In this document: one piece after another, positions 1 to 13,482 of the stretch
Layout: each line of letters starts with the position of its first letter
Numbering within the stretch: the stretch's first letter is position 1
Origin: Camelus ferus
Lineage: Eukaryota
Direction of reading: 5' to 3'
Assembly: GCF_009834535.1 (NCBI RefSeq)
Contig: NC_045697.1
Span: 31,064,001-31,128,000 of the forward strand
DNA length: 64,000 bases
Position numbers and translations under genes: made by a program
Notes under the pieces: model-generated
Told to the model about the DNA's origin: nothing
Databases searched by the model: none
What the model saw: the letters and a program-made list of their open reading frames with translations, nothing else

Positions 1-734
1 CCTTCTCTTTCTAGCTTCGCCCCATGCTTCTACGCCTCCGTCTGTCACCAGGCTTGGCGACGCACATAAACAGTATTCCCACAAACACCAGTTCCTTAAA
101 AATCTCCAAAGGTGCCCCAACACTGCTTTCCTTCTGCGACATAAATAATAAATATTGGTCACGTACCAAGCATCGTTCCATGTGCAACACAGAAGGTGAC
201 GTACTGCCTCTGATATAGTACCTTCACTTCCCCCTTGTTTACTCCGGGGAGCATTTCCGAATGCTGGTATGTGAGCATAAAATTATAATGGAGATAACCT
301 TGAATTCACTCTATTCTGTATTAAAAGGTAAATCACTTTTTATTAATATTGCTATCATCAGTAATAAGTTACCTGCCACAAATTGCACAACAGATTGTGA
401 TACTAAAGTTGACAAGCAATTCCCTAGATGATCTAAAATGGAAAAAAAAAAGAGAGAGCAGGATGTTTTGACAAAAAGTGAGGATCTGACTCCTAAGAGG
501 GACCCTAATTTATGGAAGGCCCCAGAAACACGGACCACGTCTTATAATTCATGTTCAAGTTCAGCAGGCACTCACTGGCTATTGATATGCTTTTACATAG
601 TTGTCATACTTTTAGAAATATTTACGTGAAACAAAGTAAGAATTGTACATTAAACATGCATGTATATATGCACACATGAAATATACAGTGACAACAATTG
701 ATGGATTGATGATTTTTACCTATATTATCATATT

Positions 735-1352
735 TAATTCTTAAAAACAACTCTATGGGAGAAATAAAGTCAATTCCATTTGTATACATAAGGAAACAGT
801 TGCTCAGAGAGCTTAAATAATCTGCCCAAGTTCATACATGTGAGAATCGATGAACTGGTAGATGCATTATGAAAAGCAGTATGAAAGGTCCCCGAGAATT
901 TAAACATAGAACTACCATGTGATCCAGCAATTCCACTTTTAAGTATGTATCCAAAGGAAACAAGATCAGTATTTCAAAGAGATATCTGTACTCCCATGTT
1001 CAATGCAGCATTATTCTCAATAGCCACAGTGTGGGGACAACCTACTTGTCCATCAGCGGATGAATGGATAAAGCAAAAAGTTAAATGTTCTCACACTAAA
1101 AAAGTAAATATGTAAGGTGATGGAATGTGTTAATTGATTTGATATGGGAAACTCTTTCACAATGTATATGCAGATCAAATCATCATCATGTTGTATGCTT
1201 TAAATATCTTAGTTTTATTGTTAATTATTCCTCAATAAAGCTGGAATAGAAAGACAACCAAAACAACAAAACAACAGCCACAAAAGAAGCACCAAAGCTG
1301 TGCTGCAACTCGGGACCTTCTGACTCCAAACCCAGTTTTCTTCACCACTATT
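735..1352 (-). mobile_element. MIR SINE split by an L1 insertion
   Basis: MIR core (aaggaaacagttgctcagagagcttaaataatctgcccaag) at about 790-835; MIR head remnant (tctgactccaaacccag) at about 1300-1350. Confidence 0.6.
865..1250 (+). mobile_element. L1M (L1MA/L1MB-type) 3' fragment with internal deletion
   Basis: ORF2-end motifs (agaactaccatgtgatccagcaattccact; gatgaatggataaag) are joined directly to the 3' terminus ending ctcAATAAAgctgg. Confidence 0.8.
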
Positions 1353-1389
1353 TCCTGCTGTCCTTTTCTTCTTTATGTCTTTCCTTTAC

Positions 1390-1680
1390 TTAACAGAAAT
1401 AAATAGAGCACCTGTTATGTGCCAGGGATATTTCTAGAAGCTGAGTATACAGCAGGAACAATCCAAAATTCCTGCCTTCCTGGAACTTGCAGTCTCTTTG
1501 GAAAGGCAGATAGTAATCAAGCAAATATATAACTAAAGAAATGCACAGTGTACTTTCAGGTAATGATAAATGCTATGAAAGAAATTTCCGGAAGATAAGG
1601 AGATTGATAATGAGGGGTGGGGTAACAGGTGGGGGCAGGGTCAGGGTGCTTTTTCAGGTATGGGGGTCGGAGAAGTCTGA
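1390..1680 (-). mobile_element. L2 LINE 3' fragment
   Basis: gagcacctgttatgtgccagg...cctgccttcctggaacttgcagtct...gataaatgctatgaaagaaa. Confidence 0.65.
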
Positions 1681-3584
1681 CAATTAATATAGCTTACAAG
1701 GCACTGGCTGCTTTATTGAAGTATCTGGTTCCACTGGAGCCCTGTAAAAAATATGCGTTTGTTAGCAGAAGCCCTTAGGTGCTTTCTGCAATTTATGTGT
1801 AGTTCACGGTTTGTTATGTAGTACTGTATACATTTGCTCTGAGCACAACCCGTCCTCCCCCCAAATAAAAGAGGAAACTTTGTGAGCTCTTTCTAAAAGT
1901 ATAGGAAGATGTCCCAAATATGTTTAGAAACACTTTAAGGTTTTATATGGCAAGGGAATAGAGATCCTGTGTTCAGGATGGATGCCTCTTTAACTAGGAC
2001 CATACTACATGTTTAGGAAGGAGGGAGAAAATTAGATGGAAGGGAGAGGTCAGTGAGGAATTTGAGAGGGCTTTACTGAGGGCAAATTGCTAATGGAAGC
2101 GGAATCTGAAAACCACAGGTCTGTCAACGAAGCCTCACCTTTGTTTTACTGAAAGAACACATAAACCTTGAAGTAATTCAGTTCTGGAAGCAAACAAAAA
2201 GTGAGTCATTTTACAAAGTGCAGCAGCACCCTAATTAGATGTTCATTTTTAAGAATAAATCTCAGCAGGCCAATGAACCAGATTTGCTAATTTAATCACC
2301 TATTATTTTTTCCAGCAGTTTGCTTATCACTGTAATTTATTTCAGCAATTTCCTTAATAACCTTCTTAGAATGACATTCTCAGATATAACTGTCTTCCAA
2401 AAAATACAGTGAACCCGTGCACGTAAAAACTTTACAGTCAATTTCCTTCTTCACAGTTGTAAATGAAATGGAACCATTTGGACTTGTGCCCTTCTGCCAT
2501 CTTTACAGGGGATTTAATGAGGTGGAGAAGACAGGCAGGATGGAAAGAAGAGAAGGTACTTGCTTTGATAGAGGCAAAAAGTGGAGGAGGAGGAGGGGTT
2601 GGACCAAAAGACAGCTGATTCATTTGATCCCCTCAAACATTTTCATCACCTCCAAAGGTCAGACGCTGAAGCCAAGTTAGGCACCTTGGGGGGTAAATGG
2701 GCGAGAACTTCAGTGTAGAATACCTCTGGATGGGGAAAGCTCAGGCAACTCTGATTCAGTTGCTCCATTCAATATTGCCATGGGATAAACTGCTTTCACC
2801 GAACATTTCAAATCTCCTAGAGAGAAAACGTTTCTTTCATATGGGTTCTAACCTCTTAACTCTCTTTCCACTTGAAGATATATTCTCGATATTTTTTCAT
2901 TCTCCTGGTTGCCACAGGGTTGTTTGTGAGGGAAGAATGATTCAGCATGGCACAATCTAGTCTAGCTTTTCATAAGCTCCATAAATTCAGGGAAAAAAAG
3001 TGCAATTAGTTCTAGTAGAGAGTTAAGTTTATTTTGATGTTCCCCTCATTCTGAGGTTTATTGAGCCCAACTTTGGGTAAATATGGGTAAAAATGCTCAA
3101 AGTGTCCATTAGAAGAGTATCTCCATAGTGACAGAAATTATTTTTTGGTCTGTTTTATTCACCACTGCATCACCAGTTCAGAGAACCGTGCCTGGCATAT
3201 AGCAGATGCACAGTCAATATTTTTAAATAAATGTACAATGGAGCTGGTATCACCCAATTAATGCTTTTGAAAGTCGCCATTCTCAGGTTCTGTGATTCTG
3301 TTCTGTTTGTTGGTTTGTTTTTATTTAACCTTTGGGGTGAAATCCCTTTATTAAGAGATAATATCGATTTTTTTTCTGTTAGATTTGAATGCTTTAGTGT
3401 ATTGTCCTGTGCAATTTTAGTGTTCAAAATCAATGTTACACATATTTCACATTAGGTTGTTTTGCAGAATTTTAAATTAGTCCCAATGCTTTGTTAGTTG
3501 AAGATCATTTGGGGCACTGAAACCTCTAACCAAATGCTCTTTAACTGTGGTTGATAGCTAAACGTGTGGTTGAGGATTTCCCCG

Positions 3585-5995
3585 CCAGCTTTATTGAGCT
3601 ATACTTAAGAAGTGAAGTTGTTTATATTTAACGTATAAAATGTGATGGTTTGATATTTATATACATTGTGAAATAATTACCACAATCAACTTAATTACCA
3701 CACACATCATCTTACATAGTTGCTTTTGTTGTTGTTTTGTTGTTGAGAATGCTTAAGATTACTCTCTTAGCAAATTTCAAGTATACAATGCAGTGCTATT
3801 AACTATAGTCACCATGCTGACTATATAGAGCCTTAGAACTTATTTGCCTTATAACTGAAGGTTTGTATCCTTTGACCAATATCTCCCTTCCCTTTTCCTC
3901 TACCTCCCCAGCCCCTGGCACCACCATTTGACTGTTTCTTTGAATCTGACCTTTTTTTATATTCAACATATAAGTGATACCGTATAGTATTTGTCTTTCT
4001 CTGTCTGATATATTTCACTTAGCATAATGTCCTTCAGTGTCATCCATGTTGTCACAATTGGCAAAGTTTCCTTCTTTTATAGGGCTGATTAATATTTATA
4101 TAGAAACATATATACTTATTATATATAATATAATGTATATATATAATATTACATATATATGTATTATATCTATCTATCTATCACATTATCCATTCATCTG
4201 TCAATAGACACTTAGATTGTTTCTTTTGGCTTCTTTTAATAATGATGCAGTGAACAAGGGACAGCATATATCTCTTTGAGATAGTGATTCCGTTTCTTTT
4301 GGATATATAGTCAGAAATGGGATTGCTGGTTCTATTGCTGGTTCATATGGTAGTTCTGTTTTCATTTTTGAGGAACCTCTATACTGTTTTCCATACTGGC
4401 TGCACCAATTTACATTCCCACCAACAAGCATTGTTATAAGAAATTACAAAGTTTCCCTCTTCTCCTCATGCTTGCCAACACTTATCTCTTGTCTTTTTGG
4501 TCATTGACACCCTAACATGTGTGAGTTGTATCTCATTGTGGTTTTCATTTATATTCCTTGATGATTAGTGATGTTGAACATCTTGTCATGTACCTGTTGA
4601 CCATTTGCACGTCTTCTTAGGAAAAATATCTCTTCAGGTTATCTTACCATTTAAAAGTTGGGTTATTTGGGGGGGAGGGTTTTTTTGTTTTGCTATTGAG
4701 TTGTAAGATTGCCTTAAATATTTGGATATTAACCCCTTATCAAACACAGGGTTTGCAAATATTTCCCCCAATTCCATAGATTGCCTTTTGATTTGTTTTT
4801 TTGTTCTGTTTGTTGTGCAGAAACATTTTGGTTTGATGTAGTCTCGTTTGTTTATTTACGCTTTTGTTGCCTGTGCTTTTGATGTCAGATCCAAAATATT
4901 ATTGCCAAAACCAATGTTAAGCAGCTTTCCCCCTATGTTTTCTTCCAGAAGATTTATTATTTCAGGTCTTAGTTAAATCTTTAACTCATTTTGAATTGGT
5001 TTTTGTGTATTGTGTAAGATAAGGGTCCAATTTCATTCTTTTGCATGGGTGTATTCAGTTTTCCCAGAACCATTTATTGAAATGACTATTCTTTCTCTAT
5101 TGTATTTTTGGAGCCCTGTTCAAAATTAGTTAACTGAATATTTGCAGGTTTATTTTGAAGTTCTGTCTTCTATTTCATTGATCTGTGTGTCTGTGTTTAT
5201 GCCAATACCATACTGTTTGGGTAACTATAGCTTCGTGATAGAGTTTGAAATCCAGACGTATGCTATCTCCAGGTTTGCTCTTACTCAAGATTGCTTTAGC
5301 TATTTGGGGTCTCTTGTGGTTCCCTGCAAATTTTAGGATTGTTTTTTCTATGTTTGTGAAAAATGGCATTGGAATTTTGATAACGATTGCATTGAATCTG
5401 TAGATGACTTGGCTTTTTAAACAGTATTAATTCTTCCAATCCATGAATATGGGATGTATTTCCATTTACTTATGTTTTGTTTTTAAATTCCTCTCACTTG
5501 TGTTTTAAAGTTTTCAGTGTACAGATCTTTCCCTTCCTTGGTTAAATTTATTCCTAAGTATTTTATTCTTTTTGATGATATTACAAGTTGGTTTGTTTTC
5601 TTAATTTCTTTTGCAGGTAGTTAGTTGTCAGTGTATAGAAAGGCAAGTGATTATTGTATGTTTCTTTTGGATCTGGCAGTTTTACTGAATTCATTTATCA
5701 GTTGACAGTTTTGGTGGAGTCTTTGGGTTTTCTGTATATAGGGTCATGTCATCTGAAAATAGAGACAATTTTGTTATTTCCTTTTGTATTCAAATGCTTT
5801 GTATTTCATTTTTTTCTTTTTTCTCTTCCCCCACCCCCAAACTGCTGAGCTAGGACTACTAGTACTATCTTGAATAGAAGTGGTAAGAGTGGGCATCCTT
5901 GTCTTTTTCCTGATCTAAAGGAAACGCTTTCAGCTTTTCACCTTTGAGTATGATGTTGGCTGTGGTTTTGTCATATATAGCCTTTATTATTTTGA
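3585..5995 (-). mobile_element. 5'-truncated L1 (L1MA-type), about 2.4 kb, degraded ORF2 3' part plus 3'UTR
   Basis: 3' end ccagctttattgag; minus-strand ORFs 4201-4431 and 5175-5369 resemble L1 ORF2p (LPYEPAIP; KAILSK...DFKLY...TVWYWHK); internal AT microsatellite at about 4085-4185. Confidence 0.92.
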
Positions 5996-6485
5996 TACAA
6001 ATGTATTTTTAATTGTCCATCAGAAAAACCAATCCCCAAATAACATATTTATTTTCAGTGATTTTCTTCTCTTCATTTCTCCTGGAGTTGCTTATTCTCC
6101 AGTCATTGTGTAATTCAACTCAGGCTTATTGAGCATCTACTGTGTTTTACAGTACAGCCCTCATTGCTGCATGCAAAACTGATCACTGTAGGCATTTTGG
6201 AGGAAACAGGATGATGCTGAAAATTCAGTTTCTTTTCTCAAGTTCTTTACCTGTTACTTGGAAGAGACAGATAAATATAGGTGCAACCACAGAAATAGCA
6301 AAAGATAGTTTAAATGCTTGGATTCAAAGTAGAAAGAGCTGCAAGTAAACAGAAAGAAAATCATTTTTCTGCAATCTTTGGAAAGTTTGGAGACCTCAGA
6401 TAACCTCCCTTTGAAATCTAGGAAACGAAAATAGAGTAAAAATGTGTTTGGGTGGGAAGAAATTTTCCCATCAAAGGTAAATACT

Positions 6486-6846
6486 TGTTTTAGATTGTGT
6501 CCCCCAGGCAAGGATTGGAGTGTATGTAATGCATTTGGGAAGTGATTTTAGGAAGCCCCCGTAGGAGAGTGAAGATTGAAACAGAGAAAGAAGGAAGCAA
6601 ATGCAGGGTATTATTGAGGAGTTACTGTGATAGACAATTAGAGCTAAATCCTAAAATATTGAACACACTCCAGAGGGGCAAGAAATCTGGGATATTCATC
6701 CTCCAAATCCCTTAAATCATTGGCTGAGGGTTGCACAGGATGGGTGGTAAGCTCCTTGGAACTTCCAGCCAAAAGAAAGCCAGCAGTTAGAGAGTCACAG
6801 GTGTTGTAGAGCTGCACACCATGGGGTATAGGTGGGGCTCCTACTG
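6486..6846 (-). mobile_element. LTR16-like ERVL solo LTR
   Basis: tgttttagattgtgtccccc...gcaaggattggagtg...atttgggaagtgat...gaaggaagcaaat resembles the reverse LTR16 consensus. Confidence 0.6.
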
Positions 6847-7139
6847 AGCATGCATAGGGAAATATACACGCAGAGGCTTTTGGGCAGGGCATTAAAAACC
6901 TTCTGATACTTAAGTCTATTAGAAGTTGAATTTGCTGCGATAAATGTGAAGGATACACGTTGGCAAATGGCACCAGCAGATGTTGGGCCTGGGGATATTT
7001 AGGACACTTGGTTTCTTGTGTCTCTTCATTTTCTCTTAAGAAATGTGTCTGTGTTAGCGGCAACAGTCTTCTGCCTCCTAGAGTGAGAATCTGCTGGTCA
7101 GAGGCCCACCACACGTCTGTACCGATAACTGCATTCCTC

Positions 7140-7674
7140 TGTGTTTCAGAGAGGTGTTTCATGAGGTGGTCAGTCAGATGTGGCCACGAGAGAAGACAGA
7201 GACTTAATAAGAAAAAGTTTATCATACTCACAGGTCCTAGAGGCAGGAGGCACAGCACACCATACAGAGCCACATGGGAAAACCGCCAGGGGGGGCATGA
7301 GGCAGAAGACTGGGATGAGGGGAGAGCGTGGGCCACAAACATTGGGGTTTTCACAGGAAATATAAGGCAGGGCAGTTTAAACAGTTTAGGACTGGCTAGT
7401 TTGAATACTTTCAGCAGGCTGTAAACTATGGGAGTGGTTCCGACTTGTTGGATACTGGGCATTGGGATGACTAAGGCAGAAGAATATTGCTTCTTGGGAG
7501 TGTGTGGTCCAGATAGAGGAAGCAGGGCTCTGGGTTGGTTACTCTGCATTTTAAAGTCCTGCTCCTTTACTGTCTCTGAACATTGGCTGGCACTAGAAAA
7601 GGCAGTCTCTTCTTAGCCAGAAGCTTTTAAGATGTCAAAACATTTTAGTTTACAGGAAAAAAAGATACAGTACA
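7140..7674 (-). mobile_element. MER54/MER73/MER74-group ERVL solo LTR
   Basis: TG...CA termini flanked by TCCTC (7135-7139) and TCCTG (7675-7679), a 5-bp TSD with one mismatch; the reverse strand shares motifs (tttgacatct, tattcaaa.tagccagt.ctaa) with the LTR at 63000. Confidence 0.7.
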
Positions 7675-8479
7675 TCCTGGAACTCCAGATACTACCTTAT
7701 TTGGTTGCAGAAATTGCTCACCTAGATTTAACATCTGGGTTCTGGATATAATTTCTTAATATGCTGGCAGCACCCTCTTACTGTATTATCCATAGGTTAT
7801 GTAAGCACAGCCACCTATCAGGAGTATGTAGTTACTTCACAGCCGTGAAAATGATGACCTGTCTGTGACCGAGAGCCACCATTTATGTCTTGGATGGCAA
7901 GGACTGAGACGGATTTACCCCAGCCAGCAAACCTGCCTACACAGGGAGCTTTGCACCATGGTGTACACCAGCGTGCCCAGGAAATGGAGAACTATAAGAA
8001 CAGGGCACTCCAGTGGGCATCAGCGAGTCTGAGCATCAGGGCCTTTGGCAGCAGTGACTTCATGGAGCCTACTCAGCAGAAACCTTGTCACTGGGCAAGA
8101 GAGACAGATGGAGCCGGAGAGGAGAAATGTGGCAGGCTCAGCGTGGCCACTGGAGAATCATACTCATTAGTAAGTGTGAGTTCCCTTAAAAACCCCCGGA
8201 TTTGTTTGGGGGAAAGCTTGGAGGTTGGCTCTGTGTGTGTGGGTGGTGGATGTGGGGAGTTGGGTATGAGGAGTGTAAGGCAGGGAAATGCTATCTCTTA
8301 TAGTAACATAAGAGTAGGCTGCCTGGGCCTCTCACACTTTAGCTGTATTATGTAAACCTACATTTTCACGCAGAATTCAAATAGAATGGTTCAGCCCCCA
8401 TCCAATGAGTAGTAGGAAACCCAGCATTCATCAACATGATTATCAACATAGTAATAATAGTCGTCCTCATCATCCTCAT

Positions 8480-8659
8480 CATGACAACCACTGCAACACC
8501 ACCACTATCAAAAGAGTTCAAAGAATCTTTATACTCTTTCTCCATATGTTATTTCATATATTCTCATCATAACTCCATGGAGTAAGTTCTGCTTATTATT
8601 TCCATTTTGGAAATAAGGAAGCTGAAGTATAAAGAGGTCAAGGGCTCATCTAAGACCAC
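8480..8659 (-). mobile_element. MIR SINE
   Basis: attatttccattttggaaataaggaagctgaag...aagaggtcaag core. Confidence 0.6.
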
Positions 8660-9033
8660 TGCTTTTGTCCTTTTGAGCTCCTATAACAGAACACCATAAA
8701 CTGAGTGGCTTAAGCAGTTAGCATTTATTTCTCACAGTTCTGGAGGCTGGAAAGGCCAAGATCAAGGAGCCAGCAGGTGGTGTCTGGTGAGAGCCCGCTT
8801 ACTGATTCATGGACAGCCATCTTTTCATAGCAGAGTCCTTACATGGAGGAATGGAGCAGTGGAGCCCTGTGGGGTCCCTGTAGAAGGGCACTGAAGGCAC
8901 TAATCTCATTCATGAGGGCTGCACCCTCATGACCTAACTACCTCCCAAAGGCCCCACCTCCTAATACCATCACATTGGGGGGATAGGATTTTAACATGAA
9001 TTTTGAGAAGATACAAATATTCAGTCCATTTCA
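8660..9033 (-). mobile_element. MLT1A/MLT1A0 MaLR LTR
   Basis: catttatttctcacagttctggaggctgg; ctaatctcattcatgagggctgcaccctcatgacctaactacctcccaaaggccccacctcctaatacc. Confidence 0.88.
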
Positions 9034-10585
9034 TTCTACCTTGACCCCCTCAAGAGTCATATCCTTACATGCAAAATACATTCATTTCATCCCAACAGCC
9101 CCCAATGTCTTAACTCATTCTAGCATCAGCTTTAAAATATAAAGTCCAAAGTTTCGTGTATTATCATCTCAATCAGCTGTAAGTGAGACTTGAGGTATCA
9201 TTCATCTTGAGACAAAACTCCTCCACACCTTTCAACCCGTGAAACCAAACAAGTTATGTGTTTCCAAAATATAATGATGGGATATGTATAGTGTAGACTT
9301 TCTCATTCCAAAAGGGATAAATATGAAAGAAGGAAGGGGTGACTAGTGATATGTTCCAAGCAAGTCTAAAACCTAGCAAGGCAAGAGCCGCGGGATCTCA
9401 AGGCTTGAGAATAATCTTTGGTGTGATGGTTTGCCTTTCTGACCTACTAGGATGGCAATGTCACTCTCACCACTCGGCAGAGCCCTGCCCTGCTCACTCC
9501 ATGGTTTTGTGCAGGGGCCTCAGCCATGCTGTGGTTCTCTGTTGGGTCAGGAGTTGTGCCCCTAAGACTCCTCTGGGGTCTTGTTCTTTGAAATCAAGGT
9601 GGAGGCAGCTCTGTCTCCCTAGGTCTGTGGTGGGAGTGGCAGCTCTGATGACCTCTGAACCACCTTTGGGTTTTTTTTTCCTGTCATGAAGACTAGCCTG
9701 TATTCTCAACCAAATAATTCCATGGTACAGTCCTGTAGGAGCTCAGAAGTCTGACAGTCTTCCTTCATTTGTCCTGTTTTCTCTGTTTCTTTTAGTCCCA
9801 GCTGGCATTGTATCTGCCATTGTATCTGGTATAATCCTGTTCCTATTCCTGGCTTTTGTTGCAGTGGTTAGTTAAGTCCATGGTGGTTCCATCCATACTG
9901 ATCTCCATAGACACAGTTGCTCAGCCACACCCTTGGTGTTCTCTTCCAAACATGCTTTCTCATTTGTTTTTGCAATATGGACAGACTGAGAATTTTCCAG
10001 TTCTCTAAATTCTGCTTCCCCTTTGCTTAACAATTCCATTTTGGGTTCATTTCTCTCTTCTTGCATTTTACTATCAGCAGTCAAGAGGAACCAAGCCACT
10101 TCTTCAACCCTTTGCTTAGAATTCAGCTAAGTATCCAATTTTATTTGTTCACAAGTCCTGTCTTCCACAAAAACCCTGCAACTCAAATAAAATTTCACAA
10201 TTATTTGTCACTTTATAACAAGGATTGCCTTTTCTTCACTGTTGAATAACATTTTCCTCATTCCCATCTGAGACCTCTCAGAATGGCCTTTACCATCCAT
10301 ATTTCTACCAACATTCTGTTCAGGACCACTTAGGTAGTATTCTCTGAGAAGGTGGCTCTAAAGCTCTCCACTTTCTTCCTCTATAACTCTTCTCTTTTCT
10401 TTCTGAGCTCTCATCAGGTTCACCTTTGTAACGCTGGTCATGGTAATCTGGGCTTTTTCTAGCTTGCACTTCAAACTCTTCCAGTCACTACCATTATTCA
10501 GTTCCAAAGCCAAAGCCACTTCACATTTTTAAGCATTTGTTACAGCAGCACCTTACTTCTCAGGACCGATTTTTGTCTTGCTCAG
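9034..10585 (-). mobile_element. MLT1 (MaLR) internal sequence with a stub of the second LTR
   Basis: Contiguous with the LTR: acatgcaaaatacattcatttcatcccaacagcccc...ttgttacagcagcaccttacttctcaggaccgatttt, then tgtctt. Confidence 0.8.
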
Positions 10586-12165
10586 CTACACGGTTGGTAG
10601 ACAGCAGGACTGGGAAAGGAACCCAAGCAGGGTCTGGAGCCTTGGCCTCTCTGCTCTGATTTTTGGTTTTCAGTGGACTCACTACATTCATTCTCTATCC
10701 ATTCTGTATCTCACTCCTGTTTATCTGCCTGCTTCACCGCTTGTCATCGCCCTCAAGCATTTCTTCACCCCCTCAAAATGCCATTAACATCATACAGTAT
10801 TTGTGTGTTTTGAGATTGTTACTAAAGGTTGGGAACTGAGGAAAAGGGATTCCTGGCTAGCCCTGCACCAGCGAAGACCTACTTGAGACTTATTATTAGA
10901 CACCACTGTGCTAGGAAGCCATCAGCCACTCTCTATCATGGGGAATTTCTCTAGACCGTTGTCCTGTCTGAGTCAGGCCTTTTCTTTGTTTATATTCTTC
11001 CCTGTATTTTATTAGCTAAATGTCTTTACTAAACCAAACAGTGGGTCTGTCTTTGCATATCCAGAAGTGTGTTTTGCACATGTGTGTTTTGAGATGTTCA
11101 TTAGGTTCTGTGTGTTCTGTCTTTCCTCTCTTTTCATCCATCTGTGTAGTTCATTAGCCTCTGGCATTCAGATCGTAGTGCTAATATTTACTCTTGCTGA
11201 TTAAATATTGAGATGAGTGGACAAAATATTCATTTTTTTGTACTATATTGGTTTCTTCAGATTGGAACATTGTGGAGTCATCAAGGCCTGGGTTAATCTG
11301 TTTCTTCTGTTCCATCTGAGTTCCTCTGTTAATTTGCTGTCTTCCTCTCTGAGCCTCAGGTTCCTTGGGGCTGCAATGGACAGAGGAATCAGATAATGTG
11401 CATGGAAGAGGCTGGTGTATAGAACAGCACTCAGTAATGCTAATTCCTTCCCTCCACTCTTCCCTTTCTTTTCTTTTGCTATAACAGCAATTAGAGGGCA
11501 ATCAAGCTGGTAAATTTTCTTATGAGTTTAGGATGTGATTTATGTCAGATGTAAACCCTAAAGCAAAGAGCCAGCAGGAGCAGGGATGTGTGTTATACCT
11601 GAGCGATGACGTGGAATATACATGAGGACAATAGTGCGTTTTTAACCCAGTCTTCCTGAAAGACAAAAGCTTTTTTTCTTTTCCCCAGTGAGACTTGAGT
11701 CGCAGTGTCATTACTTAACCCTTCTAAGCGTGCCATAGTATTAAAGAGACTGTGTGAGGTTGGCTTTCTAGGTTGGGAAATTTCATGGCCTGGTTTACCC
11801 CCAGCATTGCCAGCTCTTCAGGTTGTTTCAGAATCAATTAAATAGACTTTGGAACCCAAGTGACAAGTGTATACATATAGGTCTTAAGGGAGCCATTTCT
11901 GTGTGCTCTCGGAGCCTGCAGTTAACACTACCGTCAATGAGCAGGCACGTTTCAGGTGGCTTGGAGATGGCACTCCGTGTTTAGGTTACCGTGTCCACAG
12001 TGAGCTGGGCTCCTCTCGAGGCAGAATGGACGACAGGATGGCCTCAGTCTGCTAACTTACCTTGCTTTGCATCCTCTGGGCGAAGCAAAGGCTTGCAGAC
12101 AGTAGCTCAGCAAGGTTAAAGTAAGACGGCGTCTGGTGTCTTCTCTCTAGGTCTTTTCTTGTCGG

Positions 12166-13150
12166 TGTAGCAAGTACACTGAGCATCGTTTGTTATTTTA
12201 TGAGCCCCAAACATTGATACTCCATTTCCCTGATGTCTTCCAAACTTATGGACGATTTCTTCCTGAAACCTTGGAAAATTTTCATGCAGGTCGTATAGTT
12301 GTACCCCTTATCAGAAAATAAAGGGTCTTCTGGTCCGATCACAGGGCATTTCAATAAGTAAGATGTTCAATCTAGCGCAATCATCAGAACTTTGGGCTGT
12401 ATTCAACGTCAATTTCTTCCCTTGTCCAATTGGGGTCTCTCCTGTCTGGTAGGTCGGCAGTGGGGCGGGGGGTAGAAGGGCTTTTCTGTTTCCTTACCTG
12501 GCTGCCCCACCCACCACTGGACTTCCTCTGGCTTATTTCGGGTTGTTTTGTTTTTGGTTTTGCTTTTGGTTGCGGGAGAAGTGTCAGGTGGCTGATGAAA
12601 TGCTACCTTGTGGTGGCATCTTCTAGAGTTTCGCCTCTCCAAGGCTGATTCTGCCTCCGTGGGACACTCTTGCTGTCCCCTGGGCCCTTTCAAGTGCTGT
12701 CCTCTTGGTGCCTGCAATACTGGCTCTGCCAGGCGGGTACAGACTCCTTCTTCGGCCTCTGGCATCCAGCTGTTTCTGCCCCATCCCTTAGAATGGGTTT
12801 CCCCACAGCAGTAAGCATTCTTCGGCAATAGCTCTGGACGGCTCTTCCTCTCATGGCCCAGGTTTGGTCCACAGGACAAAACACACCAACCCTCCAGATC
12901 TGGTTCAAATGCAGTTTGCTGTCCGATTCTGCTTCCTTATTATGCAGCCACAGCCTCTCAGCTGGAGTCCTGCCTGGAGACTCCTGCCTTTTCAGAAACT
13001 CCAAGAGCTGTGTGAGGCTCAGGTCCCTCTGCATATTTGTCTTAGAGCTCCCCTCTGCCTCCAGCCAGGTGAAGGACAGATGCACCAGCCCTCCAACACA
13101 CTTAGAGGAAACACTCTTTTCCTTTTTGGCTTCAACCCTTTCATACTCTT
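12166..13150 (-). mobile_element. Ancient long LTR, LTR78/LTR79-like (tentative)
   Basis: Reverse strand ends ...cttgctaCA at 12166; aaagttctgatgattgcgctagattgaacatcttacttattgaaat resembles recalled LTR78-type sequence; purine-rich body. Confidence 0.4.
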
Positions 13151-13179
13151 CAGGTTAGTAAGGACAGTGATAAAGCTGG

Positions 13180-13345
13180 TCTTTCCTCTTTAGCTTGCGG
13201 TGTACCTGTGGATCACCCAGGGATGCTGTTAACACTCAGGATCTGACTCAGTAGGTCTGTGTTGCAGCCTGAGATTCTGAATTTCTAACGAGCTCCCAGG
13301 TGATGCTCTTGTGGCTGGGTCATGCACTGCACTGCTTACCATTCT
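13180..13345. mobile_element. MER5-type hAT-Charlie MITE
   Basis: tctgactcagtaggtctg...gcctgagattctgaatttctaacgagctcccaggtgatgct. Confidence 0.75.
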
Positions 13346-13482
13346 GGAGAACATCCTTTTAGGATACAGGGATCCTTTAGGACCTATTTATTTATTTCCA
13401 CTTTTAGATCATGGTCAGAACTGTGGCAGAGAAAGTCCCATTTCAGTGTTCTGTCCAGTGTCAGATGGTGAGACTGCAGTCA

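Noticed and set aside
6644..7549. Longest ORF (301 aa, minus strand)
   Set aside because: Spans two unrelated solo LTRs and the gap between them; no recognisable domain; best explained as a chance ORF
12409..12879. Possible gag zinc knuckle (AYCCGETH) or nearby integrase-like SDKG motif
   Set aside because: Spacing does not fit CX2CX4HX4C and there is no extended retroviral homology in any frame I read
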